A stretch of DNA of 48,442 nt from a bacterium. Its GTDB lineage: Bacteria > Myxococcota_A > UBA9160 > UBA4427. The position numbers and the translations under genes are program-made. Positions 18,523-27,883 of this stretch are shown in pieces (the first letter of the stretch is position 1; each line of letters begins with the position of its first letter). The notes beneath the pieces were generated by a model. It saw only the letters and a list, made by a program, of their open reading frames with translations. It did not search any database and had not been told where the DNA came from. The stretch spans positions 1-48,442 of the forward strand of contig JAUIMK010000003.1 in NCBI GenBank assembly GCA_030432735.1, given 5' to 3'.

Positions 18523-20187
18523 ATGGCGAAGCACGAAGAGCGACCGAAGTCCCCCGAAACGCCCCGCGCCGAGACCTCGTCGCTCTCCCGCCGAAGCTTC
18601 CTCGGGGCGACGGCTTCGGGACTCGCGCTCGGTGCGAGCGCCCTCGCCTGCGCGCCGGAAGATTCCGCCTCCGGCCCGGACTGGGATCGCGAAGTCGACG
18701 TCGTACTCGTCGGGACCGGCACCGGCCTCGTCGGCGGCCTCGCGGCGGCGGCGGCGGGCGCGTCGGTGCTCGCGCTCGAGAAGCGATCGGTCGTCGGCGG
18801 GAGCACGGGCCATTCGGGTGGGGTCGCGTGGGTCCCGAACAACCACTGCATGGCCGCGGAAGGCATCGAGGACAGCCGCGAGAACGCGCTGCTCTACTGC
18901 ACGCGTCTCGCCATGCAGCAGGCGGACGACGCCTTGCTGGAAGCCTTCGTCGACGGCGCCCCCGAGATGCTCCGCTTCGTCGAGGACAACACGCCGCTCA
19001 CGTTCCGCGTCTCCACGATCATGGGCGACAACGCCGACTATCATCCCGAATGGCCGGGGGCCGTCCAGAAGGGGCGCAGCGTGGAGCCCGTCGTCGAGCG
19101 CGAAGGCCTCCTCGGCCCCGAGCTGATCGAAGGCTTCCGCCAGGGCTTCGAAGCCGCGGGCGGAGAGATCCTCACCGAAACGCCGGTCCGGCGCTTGATC
19201 GTCGCGCCCGACGACCAGGGGCGCAGCCGGGTCGTCGGCGTCGAGGCCGAGCGCGAGGGCCGGGCCTTCCGGGTCCGGGCCCGACGCGGCGTCCACCTCG
19301 CCGCCGGCGGCTACGAGTGGGACCCGGAGATGAAGCGGCACTTCCTGCGCGGGCCGTCGGCCTACACCCTGGGCGCGTCGGGCAACGAGGGCGACGGGAT
19401 CAAGATGGCGCAGGCGATCGGCGCCGATCTGCGCAACATGAACGAGGTCTGGGGGATCACCGTCTACGTGGGCGAGGCCGAGCCGCTGGTCGAGCACCGC
19501 ATGGGCGCCACGCTGAACGCGGAGATCGAGAAGCGCTCCGCCGGCTCGATCGTCGTGAACGCACGCGGCGAGCGCTTCCAGAACGAGGCGGCGGACTACG
19601 ACACGACCTGGCGCAGCTACCACACGTGGGAGAACTGGGGCGAGCTCGGCTACCGCAACCTGCCGGCGTTCCTGCTCTTCGACGGCGCCGCGCGGGAGCG
19701 GGGCACGATCGCCGGGATGCCGGCGGACCAGCCGCTTCCCGACTGGGTCGAGAGCGCGCCCTCCCTGCCCGAGCTGGCGCGCAAGCTGGGGATCGATCCG
19801 GCGGCTCTGTCGCGAACGGTGGCCCGCTTCAACGCGTTCGCCCGCGAGCTGCGCGATCCCGACTTCCACCGCGGCGAGAGCAGCTACGACCGCTACGGGC
19901 AGCCGGACAAGGGGATCACCCTCGCGCCGCTCGAGCAGGCGCCGTTCTACGGGGCCCAGATCGCCGCGGCGGATCTCGGAACCTGCGGCGGTGCGCGGAT
20001 CGACGCGAGCGGGCGGGTGCTCGATCCCTTCGGCGAGGCGATCCCGGGACTCTACGCGTCCGGCAACAACGCCGGCGTGGGGAGCCCCGGCACGAGCTAC
20101 GGCGGCGGCGGCGGGACGATCGGTCCGGCGATGACCTTCGCCTATCTCGCGGGTCGCGCGCTCGGCGAGACGGACGCCGGGGCCTGA
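18523..20187 (+). CDS. FAD-dependent oxidoreductase, 3-ketosteroid dehydrogenase/FAD_binding_2 family, with Tat lipoprotein signal
   Basis: AAGGAGG SD; SRRSFLG twin-arginine motif and ALAC lipobox; GGSTGHSGG, GDGIKMA, RFQNE, GLYASGN, GGTIGPAM. Confidence 0.88.
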   Translation: MAKHEERPKSPETPRAETSSLSRRSFLGATASGLALGASALACAPEDSASGPDWDREVDVVLVGTGTGLVGGLAAAAAGASVLALEKRSVVGGSTGHSGGVAWVPNNHCMAAEGIEDSRENALLYCTRLAMQQADDALLEAFVDGAPEMLRFVEDNTPLTFRVSTIMGDNADYHPEWPGAVQKGRSVEPVVEREGLLGPELIEGFRQGFEAAGGEILTETPVRRLIVAPDDQGRSRVVGVEAEREGRAFRVRARRGVHLAAGGYEWDPEMKRHFLRGPSAYTLGASGNEGDGIKMAQAIGADLRNMNEVWGITVYVGEAEPLVEHRMGATLNAEIEKRSAGSIVVNARGERFQNEAADYDTTWRSYHTWENWGELGYRNLPAFLLFDGAARERGTIAGMPADQPLPDWVESAPSLPELARKLGIDPAALSRTVARFNAFARELRDPDFHRGESSYDRYGQPDKGITLAPLEQAPFYGAQIAAADLGTCGGARIDASGRVLDPFGEAIPGLYASGNNAGVGSPGTSYGGGGGTIGPAMTFAYLAGRALGETDAGA

Positions 20188-20237
20188 CGGCCGCTCCGCC
20201 CTCCCCTCGCGCCCGCTTCGGCGCTCGAAAGGACCCC

Positions 20238-21401
20238 ATGCCCCTTCGCTTGCTCCGCTTCGTCGTCGCGCTCTCGCTCGCGCTGAGCCTGGCCGGATGT
20301 GCCCACCGCCTCTCCGGCCCGATCCACGACGCGGACGGCCCGCCCTGGCTCGCCGACGACGCACCGCCCTCCGCCCGCGTTCCGGCGATCGAGGTCGCCC
20401 ACCGCGTCGTGCTGATCGGCGATGCCGGCTACTTCCTCGAAGACGACCCGACCCTCGCCGCCCTCGACGTCTGGGCGACCGGCGCCCCGTCCGCGTCCGT
20501 CGTCTTCCTCGGCGACAACATCTACAACGAAGGGCTCACCGACGACGATCGCGAGCGCGGGGAGACGATCCTCGGCCAGCAGCTCGCCGCGACCGCCGTC
20601 CGCAAGATCGTGATCCCCGGCAACCACGACTGGGGACTGCTCCCGCGCAACTACAACGCGAAGGCGATCCAGAACCAGCAGGCCTTCGTGGACGGCTGGG
20701 AGGACGGCAGCGCGGAGTTCATTCCGAAGGACGGCTGCATGGGCCCGACCACGCGGGTCCTGCTCGAAGCCACGGACGACACGCCCGCAGTCGTGTTCAT
20801 CGCTCTCGATCCGACGCCCTGGATCCAGGAGCGGATCCGCGAGTATTGCCCGCTTCCCGAGGGCGCGGGAGACGATCCCAAGGCGCTTCACCTGGCAGGT
20901 CTGGCCGAGGCACTCGAGCGCCACGCCGACGATCACGTGATCCTCGCTTCCCACTACCCGATGCTGACCGGGGGACCCCACGGCGGACTCACCTACGGGT
21001 TCGTGGCGGACATGATCGTCACGCCGCTGGGGTGGATGATGGGGGGCCTGATCAACACCTACGAGACGGACTACGCGGACTGGATCGCCCAGGCGCAGGA
21101 GGTCATGCACGCGCATCCGCCCGCGATCTACGCCGCCGGACACGACCACAACCTCCAGCTCCTCGAGAGCGGAGACGTGGCCGGTCTCTACGTCGTGAGC
21201 GGCGCCGGGGCACGGGAGCGCGTCTCGACCGTGACGCACATCGACGAGACGATCTTCGCGCACGCCGCGGAGGGCTTCGTCGTCGTCGACTTCGGCCGGA
21301 CCGACGCCGGGCGCGAGACCGCAGTCGTCCGGGTCGTCGAGCCGCTGGTCTCGGTCGAAGCCCCGGTCTACGAATACGAAGTCCGCGGCGCCGAGCGCTG
21401 A
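20238..21401 (+). CDS. Metallophosphoesterase lipoprotein
   Basis: LAGC lipobox; IGDAG, LGDNIY, PGNHDW, AGHDH. Confidence 0.9.
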   Translation: MPLRLLRFVVALSLALSLAGCAHRLSGPIHDADGPPWLADDAPPSARVPAIEVAHRVVLIGDAGYFLEDDPTLAALDVWATGAPSASVVFLGDNIYNEGLTDDDRERGETILGQQLAATAVRKIVIPGNHDWGLLPRNYNAKAIQNQQAFVDGWEDGSAEFIPKDGCMGPTTRVLLEATDDTPAVVFIALDPTPWIQERIREYCPLPEGAGDDPKALHLAGLAEALERHADDHVILASHYPMLTGGPHGGLTYGFVADMIVTPLGWMMGGLINTYETDYADWIAQAQEVMHAHPPAIYAAGHDHNLQLLESGDVAGLYVVSGAGARERVSTVTHIDETIFAHAAEGFVVVDFGRTDAGRETAVVRVVEPLVSVEAPVYEYEVRGAER

Positions 21402-21404
21402 CGC

Positions 21405-21833
21405 CTAGCTGTCGTCAGGCAGGTACTCCGCAAAGAGATGACCGGAGATCGGGTCGTCCGCGCTCGGCACGTCGTACCAGGTCCGGATCTCGCAGCTGCC
21501 GTCGTCTCCGAAGCGGTAGTTCTCGATCGACTTCATGACCTGGCTCTTGCCGTCCTTGGTGAAGGTGTTGGCCATTACGAAGCTCACTTCGTTCCCGTTG
21601 ACGAAGAGCGTCTCGGGATCGATGTACATCTGCAGCGAGGGCTGGAAGAGGTCGTAGGGCTCGAGACAGCAGCCCTCGAAGTCGAACTTGGGCGGCGTGC
21701 CGACGGGGTCCCACATCTTGAAGTCGCCGTAACAGAGCTTCCGCCAGTTCGCGATCCAGGCTTCCTTGTCCCCGGCGTTCCAGAGTTCGGCGTAGTTCTT
21801 CGCCCAGGTGGCGAGCTCTTCTCGGGTCGGCAT
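21405..21833 (-). CDS. NTF2/SnoaL (ketosteroid isomerase-like) protein
   Basis: YAELWNAGDKEAW, WDPVGTPP, FGDDG pattern; GAGG SD. Confidence 0.75.
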   Translation of the reverse strand: MPTREELATWAKNYAELWNAGDKEAWIANWRKLCYGDFKMWDPVGTPPKFDFEGCCLEPYDLFQPSLQMYIDPETLFVNGNEVSFVMANTFTKDGKSQVMKSIENYRFGDDGSCEIRTWYDVPSADDPISGHLFAEYLPDDS

Positions 21834-21937
21834 GGCGCGGTCTTCCTCTCTCGGATCCGGACGAGGACCGGATCGGATCGGCGAAGGTCCGGCCCCGGTG
21901 AACACCGGTCGGTCCCTCCGCTTCGTGCCGCCCCAGT

Positions 21938-24211
21938 CTAGAGAGCTTCGACGCGCGCCGCCGTGCTCTTGTGCCACGGCGTTCCGGCGAGATCGTCACA
22001 GTCCTCGCTGGCGGTCAGCTCGTTCGGAGCGATGCCCCCGACGACTCCGTCCGCATCGGCATGCGCGACCCCGGTTCCATTCGGGAGCGCGCAATGCCCC
22101 GGCTGCATCCGATCCGAGACCGCGATCGAGACCTCTACGGAGCCTCGCTTCGTGGACAGCCTCGCCCGCCCGCCGTCCGCGAGCCCGAGTCGCTCCGCGT
22201 CCGCGGGCGCGATCGCGAGCGCCCCGTCGGCGCCCTTCTTCCGCCAGCCCGGATGGCGGACGATCGTGTTCGCGGTGAACGAGCGCCGTTCCCCTGCCGA
22301 CAGGACCATCGGGAAATCCGGGTTGCGCGGCATCCTCGTGCTGGTCGCCAGGCCGTCGAGCGCTTCGAAGAGCTCCGGCACCGCGAAGTCGATCCGGCCT
22401 CCCTCGCGACCAATCTTCCCGAGGCTCGCCTCCCACTCGTCGACCGCGAAGACGAGCCCCCGGTCCGATCCGATGATCGCATCGAAGAGCGCGTCGCCGA
22501 GGTTCGGCCCGTCGATGCCCGCCCGGCGGATCGAGTCGGGGATCTTGGTCGCGGCGATCTGGGCGATGGCCCAGAGGGCGGCGCCTTCGGCCCGCCCCTT
22601 CGGCAGCTCGTCGCCGATCGCGCGGTAGAGCGTGGCGGGGGCGCTGCCCATGAAGCTCGCGTCCGATCCCACGAGGTCGAAGAAGGTGTTCCGGAACGCG
22701 TCCCGGCCTTCGTCCCAGGCCGCCGCGAGCGCGTCCACGTGCGACTGTTTCAGCGTTCCCCACGCTTCGGCGAGCCGCGCATGGAGCTCCGGCTCCGAGA
22801 AGAGCCCCTCCGGCGGATCCATCAGCGCGGTGCGCAGGTGGAAGTAGTTCTTCGGGAACTCGAAGTTGAAGAAGGTCGCTTCCGCCTTCTCGAACTGCGT
22901 CGCCACCGGCAGTACGTAGTCCGCGAGCTGCGCGGTCTCCGTGAGCGCGACGTCGACCACCACGACGAATTCGAGGGCCTCGAAGGCTTCCCGCATGCGA
23001 CGGGAGTCGGCGAGGGAGTGGACCGGGTTCGCCGCCTCGACGAAGGCAGCGCGCAGTCGATCCGGATGGTCCGTCAGGATCTCGTCCGGGATGCGGTTGC
23101 AGGCGACGAGACCGTTGATGATCTTCGTCCCGGTGACCGGCGCCGTCTCCCCTTTGTCGGGCCCCGCCTGCAGGATCTGCTGGAGCGAGCTGACGGGATA
23201 CTTCGAGCCCTTGCGGCCGTAGTTCCCGGTGCCGAACGCGATCAGGTAGTGGAGATAGCTGACGAGCGTCGAGTTCCGGTTCATCTGGACGCCGAGGTCC
23301 TCGAACATCGCGACGCTGCTCGCGTTCGCGATCACCCGCGCCGCCTCCCGCACCTGCTCCTCGGGGCAGCCGGCCTCCTCGCAGTACTGCGCGATCGGGA
23401 GCGCCTCGAAGTGCGGCCGCACCTGATCGAAATTCTCGCCGCGCGCCTCGATGAAGTCCTCGTCGAGCAGCCCCTCCTGCACGATCACCGCGAAGATCGC
23501 CGCGAGCAGCCACGCATCCCCCGCCGGCTTCACCTGCAGGTGGATGTCGGCGAGGTCCGCCGTCTCCGTCCGGCGCGGATCGATCACGATCATCGTCCGG
23601 CTCGGATCCTTCGCGAGCTCGCGCAGGGTCACCCGGGCGCGCGGGAGGCTGTGGGAGAACCAGGGGTTCTTTCCGATGAAGACGCCGACCTCGCAGTGCT
23701 CGAAGTCCGCTCGACAGAGCGTGCCGATCATCTTGCCGAGGACGAACGCTTCGCCGGTCTTCTCCTGCGCCAGCGCGTTCGAGGCGTAGCGGATCCCGAG
23801 CGCGGCGCGGGTCGACCGCGCATAGCCACCCGGGAGGTGGTTCCCCTGCCCGCCGCCGCCGTAGTACAGGATCTTGTCGCCGCCGTGCGCGTCCCGGATC
23901 GCCGCGAGGCGCGTCGCGACCTCGCGGATCGCGGTGTCCCAGTCGACCTCTTCGAAGCGACCGTCGTCCCGGCGACGGAGCGGCTTCGTGATCCGGCCCG
24001 CGTCGTTCTGATAGAAGTCGAGGCGCGAGGGCTTCTCGCAGGCGTAGCCCTCGGAGGCGGGATGCGCCTTGTCGCCGCGAACCTTCAGGAGGCGGCGCCC
24101 GTCCTCGCCGCCGAGCTGGACCTCGAGCCCGCAATTGCACTCGCAGAGGATGCACGCGGTCGGCTTCCATTCCGGGGCGGCGGGCGACTCGAGTTCGGAC
24201 GGTGCGGGCAT
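21938..24211 (-). CDS. Molybdopterin (bis-MGD) oxidoreductase, cytoplasmic
   Basis: CILCECNCG...C Fe-S motif, GDKAHPAS, IDPRRTETA, TETAQLADYVLP, C-terminal molybdopterin dinucleotide-binding domain; no Tat signal. Confidence 0.92.
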   Translation of the reverse strand: MPAPSELESPAAPEWKPTACILCECNCGLEVQLGGEDGRRLLKVRGDKAHPASEGYACEKPSRLDFYQNDAGRITKPLRRRDDGRFEEVDWDTAIREVATRLAAIRDAHGGDKILYYGGGGQGNHLPGGYARSTRAALGIRYASNALAQEKTGEAFVLGKMIGTLCRADFEHCEVGVFIGKNPWFSHSLPRARVTLRELAKDPSRTMIVIDPRRTETADLADIHLQVKPAGDAWLLAAIFAVIVQEGLLDEDFIEARGENFDQVRPHFEALPIAQYCEEAGCPEEQVREAARVIANASSVAMFEDLGVQMNRNSTLVSYLHYLIAFGTGNYGRKGSKYPVSSLQQILQAGPDKGETAPVTGTKIINGLVACNRIPDEILTDHPDRLRAAFVEAANPVHSLADSRRMREAFEALEFVVVVDVALTETAQLADYVLPVATQFEKAEATFFNFEFPKNYFHLRTALMDPPEGLFSEPELHARLAEAWGTLKQSHVDALAAAWDEGRDAFRNTFFDLVGSDASFMGSAPATLYRAIGDELPKGRAEGAALWAIAQIAATKIPDSIRRAGIDGPNLGDALFDAIIGSDRGLVFAVDEWEASLGKIGREGGRIDFAVPELFEALDGLATSTRMPRNPDFPMVLSAGERRSFTANTIVRHPGWRKKGADGALAIAPADAERLGLADGGRARLSTKRGSVEVSIAVSDRMQPGHCALPNGTGVAHADADGVVGGIAPNELTASEDCDDLAGTPWHKSTAARVEAL

Positions 24212-24257
24212 GGAGATCCTCCGGCGGGGGCGCGACGCTTCGGAGGCTGCCGAATCC

Positions 24258-24274
24258 GGTCCTTTCAAGCAACC
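24258..24274. promoter_or_regulatory. Possible operator between the divergent Mo-oxidoreductase and HxlR-type regulator genes
   Basis: Imperfect palindrome GGTCCTTTCAAGCAACC in an AT-richer intergenic patch. Confidence 0.3.
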
Positions 24275-24306
24275 ATATTCTCCGGCCCCGCGCTAGACTC
24301 CGAGTC

Positions 24307-24804
24307 GTGCCCCGAACCTCCTTCGAAGACCTCAACTGCTCGATCGCGCGCAGCCTGGACGCGCTCGGCGACGGCTGGACGATGCTGATCCTCCGCGACG
24401 CGTTCTTCGGCGTGCGCCGCTTCGCGGACTTCGAACGCGACCTCGGGATCTCGAAGAACGTCCTCGCGGCCCGCCTCCGTGCGCTCGTCGAGCACGGGAT
24501 CCTCGAGCGCGTCGACGAAGGCGTCCACGGCGAGCGCTTCGAGTACGTGCTGACGCCGAAGGGCGAAGCGCTCCTGCCCGTCCTGACCGCGCTCCGGGAA
24601 TGGGGCGACCGGTGGGTGTTCGGCGAAGGCCACGAGCCCTACGTCGTCCGCGAACGGACGACCGGGAAGCGTCCCGATCCCCTCGTCGTGCGCGGGGCCG
24701 ATGGCCGTGCCCTCACCCGACGCGACCTGCGCGGAGAAGCGGGCCCCGGCGCCGACGAGACGACGCGCCAGCGCTTCGGCCGACGACGCGCGGCGAAGGC
24801 CTGA
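24307..24804 (+). CDS. HxlR-family winged-helix transcriptional regulator
   Basis: CSIARSLDALGDGWTMLILRDAF, RRF, LAARL, EYVLTPKG, WG. Confidence 0.92.
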   Translation: MPRTSFEDLNCSIARSLDALGDGWTMLILRDAFFGVRRFADFERDLGISKNVLAARLRALVEHGILERVDEGVHGERFEYVLTPKGEALLPVLTALREWGDRWVFGEGHEPYVVRERTTGKRPDPLVVRGADGRALTRRDLRGEAGPGADETTRQRFGRRRAAKA

Positions 24805-24850
24805 CCGCCCCCTCTTCCCGCCGCTCTCCGAAGCGACGACATGGAGTGAC

Positions 24851-25357
24851 ATGAAGTTCTCACAGCTCGCCGTTCGCCTCGCGGTCACGCCCTTCGGTGC
24901 CGCGCTCGATCGCTGGTGCGTCCGCTTCACCGGCGAGAGCCCGGTGTCCTGGGTCTTCGCCCGCTCCGAGGGCGTCGACTACAACCCGCCGATCCTGTTG
25001 ACGACGCGGGGACGCAAGACGGGGCGCGAACGGACCGTGGTCCTGCCGCATTTCGATGCCGATCACGTGATTCCCGGCGCCGTCGCGATCGTCGGCTCTC
25101 GTGGCGGGATGCCGACGGATCCGCATTGGGCCCGCAACCTGAGGGCCAGCCCGGAGGCGCGGATCTGGTACCAGCGGCGCGAGATCCCGGTCGACGTCCA
25201 CCTGCTCGAGGGCTCGGCCCGCGACCCGCTGTGGAAGACGATCACCGAGCGCTCTCCGGTCTACCTCGCCTATCAGGAGCGCGCCTCCGGCCATCGCGAG
25301 ATCCCCGTCTTCGTCCTCGTCGCGAAGGACGGAACCCGACTGGAGGCACCGGCGTGA
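24851..25357 (+). CDS. Deazaflavin (F420)-dependent nitroreductase/oxidoreductase family (Ddn-like)
   Basis: LLTTRGRKTGRERT, VGSRGG, PHWARNLRASP, YQER...REIPVFVL. Confidence 0.88.
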   Translation: MKFSQLAVRLAVTPFGAALDRWCVRFTGESPVSWVFARSEGVDYNPPILLTTRGRKTGRERTVVLPHFDADHVIPGAVAIVGSRGGMPTDPHWARNLRASPEARIWYQRREIPVDVHLLEGSARDPLWKTITERSPVYLAYQERASGHREIPVFVLVAKDGTRLEAPA

Positions 25358-25824
25358 GCAGCGGCGTGAAGTACATGATGCACATCGGGATCTGCGTGGC
25401 GGATCTCGCTCGCTCGATCCGCTTCTACCGCGATGGCCTCGGGTTCAGCGAAGGCCCCGAGCTGACGGTGGAGGGCGAGCCGACGGCCACGATGCTCGAC
25501 CTGCCCTCGGACATGCGTCTCGACGCGATCTACCTCGACCGCGAGGGCTTCCGGATCGAGCTCCTCTCGTACCCGAAGCCGGGCGTGATCGGCGAGGCGA
25601 AGGCGCGGCCGATGAATCGGCTCGGCCTGACCCACTTCGCCCTGCGCGTCGACGACCTCGACGCCGCCATCGAGCGCGTCGAAGCCCACGGCGGCGCCCT
25701 CGTCGAAGGCTCCCGCATCCGCAACGACGCCTTCGAATCGGACCTCTGCTACGTGACCGACCCCGATGGCGTCCGTCTCGAGCTCGTCCAGGTCGTCGCC
25801 GATCCGACCCGCCCCGGCCGCTGA
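25354..25824 (+). CDS. VOC/glyoxalase family protein
   Basis: HIGICVADLARSIRFYRDGLGF, IELL, THFALRVDD, DPDGVRLEL; GTGA overlap with the upstream gene. Confidence 0.9.
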   Translation: MSSGVKYMMHIGICVADLARSIRFYRDGLGFSEGPELTVEGEPTATMLDLPSDMRLDAIYLDREGFRIELLSYPKPGVIGEAKARPMNRLGLTHFALRVDDLDAAIERVEAHGGALVEGSRIRNDAFESDLCYVTDPDGVRLELVQVVADPTRPGR

Positions 25825-25893
25825 CGCCGGACTGGCCCGAAGCCTCGGCACACGGGCCAACGACGGACCCGGCGGGCGCCCCGAGCCGGAGGA

Positions 25894-26652
25894 TCAGCCC
25901 GCGTCTTCGAACTTGATCAGCCCGCCGCCGTCCAGCACCCAGGTCTGGCCGGTGATCCAGCGCGCGCTCGCAGCCGCGAGGAAGAGCGCGGCGCCCGCGA
26001 CGTCCTCGGGCTCGCCGAGGCGGTGGAGCGGGTAGTTCTTCGCGACCTTCTCGCCCCGGCCCTTCTCCCAGAGCACGCGGGCGAAATCCGTCTTCACGAG
26101 GCCCGGCGCGAGGCAGTTCACGCGGACCCCCGGCGCCAGCTCGGCCGCGAGCTGCTTCGTCATGTGGATCATCGCCGCCTTCGTGATGTCGTAGACACCG
26201 AGGATCGGACTCGTCGCCAGCCCGCCCACGCTCGCGATGTTCACGATGGCGCCGCCGTTCTCCTTCATCCACGCGTTCCAGACGCGCTGCGTCCAGAAGA
26301 GCGGCGCGGTCAGGTTCGTATCGAACGTCTTGTCCCAGGCGGCGCGTGGCGCTTCGATCGTGGGCCCCGCGTAGGGATTCGTGGCGGCGTTGTTCACGAG
26401 GACGTCGATGCGACCGAAGCGGTCGAGGGTCGACTGCACGACCCGGTCCGCGTCTTCGTCCCGTCCGATGTGACCGGCTTCGTAGGCGACCGCGCCGCCG
26501 ATCGCCTCGGCGGCTTCCCGGCAGCTCTCTTCCGAGCGCGAAGTGATCATGACCTGCGCGCCCGCGTCGGAGAAGACCTGCGCGATGCTCCTGCCGATGC
26601 CACGCGAGCCGCCGGTGACGATGGCGACCTTGCCGTCGAGTCGAATGTCCAT
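25894..26652 (-). CDS. SDR family oxidoreductase
   Basis: TGGSRGIG, NNAATNP, NIAS, YDITK, VNCLAPG. Confidence 0.92.
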   Translation of the reverse strand: MDIRLDGKVAIVTGGSRGIGRSIAQVFSDAGAQVMITSRSEESCREAAEAIGGAVAYEAGHIGRDEDADRVVQSTLDRFGRIDVLVNNAATNPYAGPTIEAPRAAWDKTFDTNLTAPLFWTQRVWNAWMKENGGAIVNIASVGGLATSPILGVYDITKAAMIHMTKQLAAELAPGVRVNCLAPGLVKTDFARVLWEKGRGEKVAKNYPLHRLGEPEDVAGAALFLAAASARWITGQTWVLDGGGLIKFEDAG

Positions 26653-26772
26653 GCCGCGCACGGTAGCCATGCGCGTCGTCTCCCGCCGCGACGTCGAGTT
26701 TCGATTCGCCGCCCGTGGACCTAGACTGGGCGGTCCCACGATTTTCGCCCCACGATCCCGAGGAGACGAGTC

Positions 26773-27825
26773 ATGCCCCATCGCGTCGTTCAATGGACGA
26801 CCGGGAACGTCGGTCGCCGGTCCGTCCGCGCGATCGCCGCCCACCCCGAGCTCGAGCTCGTCGGCTGCTATGCCTGGGGCGACGACAAGGTCGGTCAGGA
26901 CGTCGGCACCCTGGCCGGGATCGAGCCGCTCGGAATCCAGGCGACCCGGGACGTCGACGCGCTGATCGCGCTCGCGCCGGATTGCGTCTCCTACAACCCG
27001 CTCTGGCCCGACGTCGACGTGATGTGCCGCCTCCTCGAGAGCGGCATCCACATCGCGACCACCGCCGCGTTCATCACCGGCCACGGACTCGGCGAGGAAG
27101 CCCGCGCGCGCATCGCCCGGGCCTGCGACAAGGGCCAGGCGGCGATCTTCGGTTCGGGCATGAACCCGGGCTTCGCGAACCTTCTCGGCCTGGTCTCGGC
27201 CGGAATCTGCGACCGCGTCGACAAGATCACCGTGACCGAATCCGTCGACGCGACCGGCTACGCCTCCGCCGAGACCCAGCAGAGCGTCGGCTTCGGCCAT
27301 CCGATCGATCATCCCGGCCTGCACGACATGGTGGAGAGGGGAACCGCGGTCTTCGGTGACGGCGTCTACATGATGGCCGACGCGCTCGCGGTCGATCTCG
27401 ACGAGGTGCGCTGCGAATCGGACTTCGCCGTCGCGACCGAGGACCACGACCTCGGCTTCATGCGGATCGACGAAGGCTGCGTCGCCGGCGTCAAGGCGAG
27501 CTGGCATGGTCTCGTCGGCGGCCGCTCCGTCATCGAGCTGCGCGTGCTCTGGAAGATGGGCCAGCACATGGAGCCCGATTGGCCCCTCGAGCACGGCTAC
27601 CTCGTCCGCGTCGACGGGCAGCCGGAGGTCCGGACGAAGCTCGAGATCCGACCGCCCAAGGGCTTCGAGGCGAAGAGCTTCGAGGATTTCATGCAGCTCG
27701 GCATGATCATCACGGCGATGCCGGCGATCAACGCGATCCCGCACCTCTGCCGGGGCGCCGAGCCCGGCATCCGCGGCTACGCAGACTTTCCGCTCATGAC
27801 GAGCGCGGGGCTCGTCTCCGCCTAG
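26773..27825 (+). CDS. NAD(P)-dependent amine dehydrogenase / dihydrodipicolinate-reductase-like protein
   Basis: VVQWTTGNVG, KVGQDVG, GSGMNPGF, TAMPAINAIP. Confidence 0.85.
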   Translation: MPHRVVQWTTGNVGRRSVRAIAAHPELELVGCYAWGDDKVGQDVGTLAGIEPLGIQATRDVDALIALAPDCVSYNPLWPDVDVMCRLLESGIHIATTAAFITGHGLGEEARARIARACDKGQAAIFGSGMNPGFANLLGLVSAGICDRVDKITVTESVDATGYASAETQQSVGFGHPIDHPGLHDMVERGTAVFGDGVYMMADALAVDLDEVRCESDFAVATEDHDLGFMRIDEGCVAGVKASWHGLVGGRSVIELRVLWKMGQHMEPDWPLEHGYLVRVDGQPEVRTKLEIRPPKGFEAKSFEDFMQLGMIITAMPAINAIPHLCRGAEPGIRGYADFPLMTSAGLVSA

Positions 27826-27883
27826 CAGTCGGGGCGGACGACGCGGGGCCGTTCGGCGAGGTCGGGCGCTCGGCAGAAAGGCG

